DNA of 62,649 nucleotides, the filler included, from an uncultured bacterium (GTDB taxonomy: Bacteria; B130-G9): the NCBI GenBank assembly GCA_965372715.1. It is 3 parts of 3 records of this genome, joined end to end, with 100 filler letters (N's around TTAATTAATTAA, not from the genome) between each part and the next. Parts side by side here need not be neighbours in the genome. Positions count along the whole stretch, not along the records: positions 43,473 to 62,649 come from CBDVDH010000063.1; 2 more parts are not named here. One strand, written 5' to 3'. Below the pieces are notes generated by a model, which ran no database searches, had not been told where the DNA came from, and was given only the letters and a program-made list of their open reading frames with translations. A program made the position numbers and the translations under genes. Within the stretch, counting starts at the first letter, position 1, and each line of letters starts with the position of its first letter. Shown here one piece after another: positions 57,470 to 62,649 of the stretch.

Positions 57470-58408
57470 TCATCCGCGGATCTTTGCCAGCGACGGTTTC
57501 AATGCCTTTTCTAGGCGCACCATTCTATCAATCATGTCTTCCTGTATTTGCTCCCACTTCTCTTCATCTCTTAGGCCGCCGAGCTGCGAGAAGGATTCTA
57601 TCCGGCAAACTAGGATTTCTTTGCGCTTTATCCAAGACAGCTTTTCTCCAAAGACCTTTTCAATTTCTTCTTGATGGCTTCGAATCTGCTCAAATATCTT
57701 GTCCGTTTCATCTTTCTTGTCTGGCCCAAGGTTTATGCACAACTGGACCATGCCATGATCCATAGTGATGATAAAGGACCACCACAGCCCTGACTTGCCG
57801 GCTCCGGTGTATAACCAATTATCCTTGCTGGGAGCAACGCCTGAGTACAGCTTTGTCTTGCTCGCAGCCTTTTCGAGCAATCCTCCCCAGAACTCCAGTC
57901 TGTTAACGTGCCTCTCAGCTAGTTCGCCCTTCTGCCTACCGATCTGTTTCGCTTCAATACTCGGCCCAGACACCGTCGTGAAGAGAGGGGCCGGCTGTGA
58001 ATCGCCGATCTTGTATGCGTCAACCCTAACCAAAAAGAATGATGTGTCGCTCGGTGAGATCTGGTTAAGCCAATTGATCGCTGTAACATGTTCGGGCCTC
58101 GGTTGGGTAGTTATCCAGATAGCCGTCTTTGCGTCAAGATTCGACAGATACGTCAAGATTTTGCCCAGGTGGTCGTGATCTGTCTTCTGCAATTGGTTCT
58201 CGATTACAACCGTCTCGCCATCCCCTTCAGCGAAGATGTCTGCGCTCAGCGTTCCAACCGACTTCTCTGTCTCCAACAAAGATAGCTGCTTTATCCCGAT
58301 GTGTTCGGACAGCATGTCCAGGTTTTCTCCCAGCCATTTCGTGAAGTCCTTCGCCTCATTGGCCCAAACATCCCGCAAGTTCACACTCACCAGTTTTCCG
58401 ACCATCAT
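57470..58408 (-). CDS. DUF4268 protein with an N-terminal PD-(D/E)XK (NucS-like) nuclease domain
   Basis: W..EA.DFT.WL, ADI, IENQL..TDHDHLGK..TY; C-terminal FW..L..W pattern. Confidence 0.85.
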   Translation of the reverse strand: MMVGKLVSVNLRDVWANEAKDFTKWLGENLDMLSEHIGIKQLSLLETEKSVGTLSADIFAEGDGETVVIENQLQKTDHDHLGKILTYLSNLDAKTAIWITTQPRPEHVTAINWLNQISPSDTSFFLVRVDAYKIGDSQPAPLFTTVSGPSIEAKQIGRQKGELAERHVNRLEFWGGLLEKAASKTKLYSGVAPSKDNWLYTGAGKSGLWWSFIITMDHGMVQLCINLGPDKKDETDKIFEQIRSHQEEIEKVFGEKLSWIKRKEILVCRIESFSQLGGLRDEEKWEQIQEDMIDRMVRLEKALKPSLAKIRG

Positions 58409-58535
58409 TAACACCCGCTTTCTACAGATTATCGCTGATTTTGCTCCCTATCGAACTCGCCTGCAAATGTGTCGATGGACTCACAACTATCATCCTATGG
58501 ACTGAAGAACTCAAGTGAGATATTGTCAGCATTCA

Positions 58536-60119
58536 ATGAACACAAAAATCGACCCGATTACGCTTGAGGTGTTCCGCAACTTGTTCTCTTCGGTGGCGGA
58601 GGAGATGGGCGAGGCGCTCGTTCGGACCGCGTTCTCGGCGAACATCAAGGAGCGTCGGGACCTGTCGGCTGCTGTCTTCGATTCGGACGGCGACATGGTC
58701 GCTCAGGCCGCGCACATCCCGGTGCACCTGGGCGCGACGCCAGCCTCGGTCAGGGCGGCGATCGAGAAGAGGCCGATGATGCGCGGGGACATTGTGATGC
58801 TCAACGACCCGTTCTGCGGCGGAACTCATCTCCCGGACGTAACTCTCGTGGCGCCGGTCTTTGTCTCGGGCGAGGATGGCCCCGACTTCTACGTCGCCAA
58901 TAGGGCGCACCACGCCGACGTGGGCGGCGCGATGTTCGGCTCGATGCTGGTTGCGACCGACATCTATCAGGAGGGCATCCGTATTCCGCCGGTCTATATC
59001 GTGAAGGGCGGCGAGGTGCAGCGGGACGTCCTGACGATATTCATCTCGAACGTCAGGACGCCAACCGAACGGCAGGGCGATATTGAGGCCCAGATTGCCT
59101 CGATAAGAACTGGCATCACGCGCCTCGAGCAGATCGTGGCGAGGCACGGCATTGAAACGGCCAAGACCTGCGCCCATGCGCTTCAGGATTACTCCGAGCG
59201 AGTTACGCGGACGGCGATTTCCGAGCTCCCGGACGGGCTTTTTGAGTTCGAGGATTTCCTCGACGACGATGGCGTGTCGGACAAGCCGATACGCATTCGG
59301 GTCGCAGTCAAGGTGCATGGCAGCCAGATGAGCGTTGACTTCTCAGGCAGCGCCGCTCAGGTGGCTGGGAGCGTGAACGCCAATCTCGCGGTAACGATGT
59401 CTGCCGTCTATTACGTCATCCGCTGCCTGGTGAGGCTCGACATCCCGTTCAACGCCGGCTGCATGAGACCCGTGGAGATCATCGCCGAGGAGGGCAGCGT
59501 CGTTCACGCGCGCTTCCCCGCCGCCGTCTCCGCCGGGAACGTCGAGACCTCGCAGCGTATAGTTGACGTCGTCCTGGGCGCGTTGTCGAAGGCCGTGCCA
59601 GACGCGATTCCCGCGGCATCGTGCGGCACGATGAACAACCTGACGTTTGGCGGCACGGACCCCCGAACCGGCGAGTATTTCGCGTACTACGAGACGATCG
59701 GCGGCGGAATGGGCGCAGGTCACGGCTTCGATGGGCAAGGCGCTGTCCACACGCACATGACCAACACGATGAACACACCGATTGAGGCGCTGGAGCGGGC
59801 GTTTCCGCTCAGAGTGAGGCGCTACGCTGTTCGGCGCGGCTCAGGCGGCAAAGGACGATACGGCGGCGGGGACGGCATCATCCGCGAGATCGAGGCCCTC
59901 TGCGACGTGAGCGCCTCAATCATCTCCGAGCGGCGGCGGTTCGCCCCGTATGGCCTGAACGGAGGGCGGCCGGGCGAGCGCGGCCGGAACTCCCTGATTC
60001 GGAACGGGAAGGTTGAGAATCTGCCATCAAAGTGCAATATCACGATGCGACCCGGCGACGTGATGCGCATCGAGACGCCCGGTGGCGGGGGTTTCGGCGC
60101 AGAGCCTCCGCGCCACTAG
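58536..60119 (+). CDS. Hydantoinase B / 5-oxoprolinase subunit
   Basis: DPITLEV, S.NIKERRD, HIPVHLG, GGTHLPD, YYETIGGG, TPGGGG. Confidence 0.94.
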   Translation: MNTKIDPITLEVFRNLFSSVAEEMGEALVRTAFSANIKERRDLSAAVFDSDGDMVAQAAHIPVHLGATPASVRAAIEKRPMMRGDIVMLNDPFCGGTHLPDVTLVAPVFVSGEDGPDFYVANRAHHADVGGAMFGSMLVATDIYQEGIRIPPVYIVKGGEVQRDVLTIFISNVRTPTERQGDIEAQIASIRTGITRLEQIVARHGIETAKTCAHALQDYSERVTRTAISELPDGLFEFEDFLDDDGVSDKPIRIRVAVKVHGSQMSVDFSGSAAQVAGSVNANLAVTMSAVYYVIRCLVRLDIPFNAGCMRPVEIIAEEGSVVHARFPAAVSAGNVETSQRIVDVVLGALSKAVPDAIPAASCGTMNNLTFGGTDPRTGEYFAYYETIGGGMGAGHGFDGQGAVHTHMTNTMNTPIEALERAFPLRVRRYAVRRGSGGKGRYGGGDGIIREIEALCDVSASIISERRRFAPYGLNGGRPGERGRNSLIRNGKVENLPSKCNITMRPGDVMRIETPGGGGFGAEPPRH

Positions 60120-60122
60120 CGC

Positions 60123-60275
60123 GTAGGGGCGGTGCTTGCCCCGCCCTAAAGGCAGATGGGTGCGGCAAGCAGCACCCCTACTTCCCCGCGTGCAATTATG
60201 TCCCAGCCTCCTCCGTGCCTGCCCTTTTCTGATATTTACACACATTGAGGGCAGGCACGGAGACCTGCCCCTACA
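60123..60275. repeat. REP cluster containing a single IS-like end (60196-60210)
   Basis: GTAGGGGCGGTGCTTGCCCCGCCC..GCACCCCTAC; TTATGTCCCAGCCTC; half-truncated REP ending GCCCCTACA. Confidence 0.8.
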
Positions 60276-60422
60276 ATGATTTCCTTTTTTCCCGTTTCCG
60301 CGCGGTGGAGACACATCTCGCATTCTGTATTTGATATGCAATGTGAACATCGATAGAATCCGCTCGATTGGATTGGTGTTGGATTGACCTTACTGAATAC
60401 GAGCGTCCGGAGAGAAGATAAG

Positions 60423-62564
60423 ATGAAACAGCTAACTATCTTGACCATCCTTGCAGGTCTTGCATGTTGCTCGAGCGCGTTTTGCCAGGGGTGGGATTCA
60501 TGCACTATGGCGAACAGCGACATCGCGAGCGATCAGGTCTCCGCCGTTGCGGTTGACGTGTTTGACAGAATCTACATCGGGACGAATAACTCAGGGCTTT
60601 CGTTCGTCCAGGGCTCGGAGTGGTTGAATTTCACGACCACAAACTCCAACCTGATCAGCAACCGGATCAAGGCCCTGGCGTGCGATTCTTCTGGTCGGGT
60701 CTTCATCGGGACGGATGTTGGCATCTCAATTCTTGGGGATGCCGGATGGCAGACGTTCACGACGGAAAACTCGAACCTGTCGGACAACTGGATCGAGGCG
60801 ATTGCGGTCGCCCCGGACGACGTTGTGTGGGTGGGGACTCACTCCGGCGGCCTTTGTTCCTACGACGGCGCCTCGTGGCGGGTGTTCGACGTGTCAAACA
60901 GCGATATCTCCTCCAACAGGATCGCAGCCGTCGTCGTCGATGAAGACGGCGCAATCTGGATCGGCACGAGTGATGCGGGTGTGTCCGTGAAGTCAGAGGA
61001 TGAATGGAGCATTCATGACACCAGCAACTCACTGCTTACGTCGAACAACGTCAGCAGCATTGGCCTGTGCCCGTCCGGGGCAGTCTGGGTCGGGACCCCT
61101 AACGGACTGTGCGTCTATCGCAACGGCGCCTGGGAAAACGAGACCAGCCTCGTGTTCGACGCCGACGTCAGGGCGGTCATTGTGGATGATTTCGGCTACA
61201 GGTGGTTCGGACTACGGACCGGAGTCGTGCGGTTCGATGGCTGCACAGCCGTCGATTTCGACTACGAGCTGTCCAATGCCTGCATAACGTCGGTCGCGCA
61301 GGGCACGAGGGCTGTCTATTTCGGTTCGCGCGAGCATGGTTTGCTGATGTATGACTATGGAGAGCATCTCCCGCCGCTGATGCCCGAGACTCCATCCGGG
61401 CCAGAGACGGGCGCAACCGACGTGGAGGCAGAGTTCTCGACGTTGACGACTGACCCTGACGGGGACGACGTGCTTTATCAGTTCGATTGGGACGACGGTT
61501 CTTATTCCGACTGGGGTCCCGCGGCGCAGTCTCACACCTACACCAGTCTGGGAACATACAAAGTGATTGTCCGGGCGAGGGATTACGGATACAACGTGTC
61601 GGCGTTCAGTGAGGCGCACACGATCACGATAGCGACGGGGAACCGGCCCCCTCAGGCGCCGACGATACCTCGGGGACCGGAATCGGCTTACGTGGGCCAG
61701 ACTGTTGAGTTCTCGACCTCAAGTTACGATCCTGACGGGGACGAGCTGGAGTTCATGTTTGACTGGGGCGATGGCAATCAGAGCGATTGGGGCGGCCCGA
61801 GCCAGACGCGGATTTATGAGGCGGAGGGCACGTTCAGCGTCAAGGCCAGGGCCAGGGACGATAAGGGGAAAGCATCTCAGTGGTCGCCTCCAGCCTCGAT
61901 CAGAATCGAAGAGCCTAACTCGCCGCCGACGCGGCCGGAGCGACCGTCAGGGCCGTCGTCAGGGCTCGTCAACACCGGATACACGTTCTCGACGAATGCC
62001 ACCGACCCGGACGGGGACGATATCTGGTTCCTTTTCGACTGGGGGGACGGCGCCGACAGCGGATGGGGTCCAGCGTCCGCGTCTCACGCTTACAGACGCA
62101 CGGGGACATACGAGATCTGCGTCTTGGCGGAGGATGAGCACGGGGCGCAGTCGAACTGGTCAAGCTATCACAGCATTGAGATCAGCGGAACGCCGAAGCC
62201 GATAATCGAGCTCGGCTCGACAAGCGACAGATACTTTCTGGGCGACACGATTAAGCTCTATGGCACATTGATCAACGATCTCGACGAGATGACAGTTGAC
62301 GTTTATATCGCGGCCGTGCTGCCTGGCGCCGATACACTGCTATTCTACCCAACATTCGGCACGGACCCGCGCCCAATCAGGATGACGCTCGGAGCGCACA
62401 GCGAGTTTGGCCCATACTATTTCTTTGAATACAACATTGATGGCCACATCCCGCTTGGCGATTACGTCTTTTACGGCGCAATCGTTGCGCCCGGGACCAG
62501 ATTCGACTTCCTGTCGGACCTGGAGGTCCTGGTCTTTGAATACGCCGGCGAGCGGCAGGACTGA
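60423..62564 (+). CDS. Secreted protein: two-component-regulator-type propeller, three PKD-like domains and a C-terminal ~120-aa domain
   Basis: Signal peptide; NS.L..N.I..I..D...W.GT repeats; DPDGD..FDWGDG..S.W repeats. Confidence 0.9.
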   Translation: MKQLTILTILAGLACCSSAFCQGWDSCTMANSDIASDQVSAVAVDVFDRIYIGTNNSGLSFVQGSEWLNFTTTNSNLISNRIKALACDSSGRVFIGTDVGISILGDAGWQTFTTENSNLSDNWIEAIAVAPDDVVWVGTHSGGLCSYDGASWRVFDVSNSDISSNRIAAVVVDEDGAIWIGTSDAGVSVKSEDEWSIHDTSNSLLTSNNVSSIGLCPSGAVWVGTPNGLCVYRNGAWENETSLVFDADVRAVIVDDFGYRWFGLRTGVVRFDGCTAVDFDYELSNACITSVAQGTRAVYFGSREHGLLMYDYGEHLPPLMPETPSGPETGATDVEAEFSTLTTDPDGDDVLYQFDWDDGSYSDWGPAAQSHTYTSLGTYKVIVRARDYGYNVSAFSEAHTITIATGNRPPQAPTIPRGPESAYVGQTVEFSTSSYDPDGDELEFMFDWGDGNQSDWGGPSQTRIYEAEGTFSVKARARDDKGKASQWSPPASIRIEEPNSPPTRPERPSGPSSGLVNTGYTFSTNATDPDGDDIWFLFDWGDGADSGWGPASASHAYRRTGTYEICVLAEDEHGAQSNWSSYHSIEISGTPKPIIELGSTSDRYFLGDTIKLYGTLINDLDEMTVDVYIAAVLPGADTLLFYPTFGTDPRPIRMTLGAHSEFGPYYFFEYNIDGHIPLGDYVFYGAIVAPGTRFDFLSDLEVLVFEYAGERQD

Positions 62565-62602
62565 CGATGGTCGTATCGAGCCACAATACGGAGAAAGGTC
62601 CT

Positions 62603-62649
62603 GTAGGGGCGGTGCTTGCCCCGCCCTTCTGTGATGTGACCGAACGTAT
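62603..62649 (+). repeat. GTAG-type REP, truncated by the window end
   Basis: GTAGGGGCGGTGCTTGCCCCGCCCTTCTGTGATGTGACCGAACGTAT. Confidence 0.85.

Overview
GC-rich bacterial DNA made of three contigs (1-21891, 21992-43372, 43473-62649) joined by artificial N/TTAATTAATTAA spacers, so adjacency across the spacers is not biological evidence. The organism is probably diderm (porin, lipoproteins, O-antigen-ligase-like gene) and is likely an uncultured lineage. Housekeeping and metabolic genes: truA, coaE, recR-ybaB, mgtE, NamZ-like, fbp plus class II aldolase, tRNA-Gly, tRNA-Pro. Accessory modules: (1) a STAND NTPase with a degenerate cyclase domain and a lower-GC TPR array; (2) a tandem pair of secreted beta-propellers that differ almost only in short blocks and sit behind a long structured leader; (3) a fused MTase-Mrr-like gene followed by a DUF6978-like/DUF1828-like pair, a candidate defence locus; (4) a C-regulated AccI-family R-M cassette abutting a truncated PIN gene; (5) an AroB-fold enzyme with a rewired active site; (6) five co-oriented protease-fold genes; (7) two unrelated surface proteins sharing a ~120-aa C-terminal domain, a candidate lineage-specific sorting or anchoring module. 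Intergenic DNA carries several REP-like palindrome families, heptamer repeats and IS-end-like inverted repeats that interrupt REPs. All family assignments come from motif recognition by eye; no searches were run.
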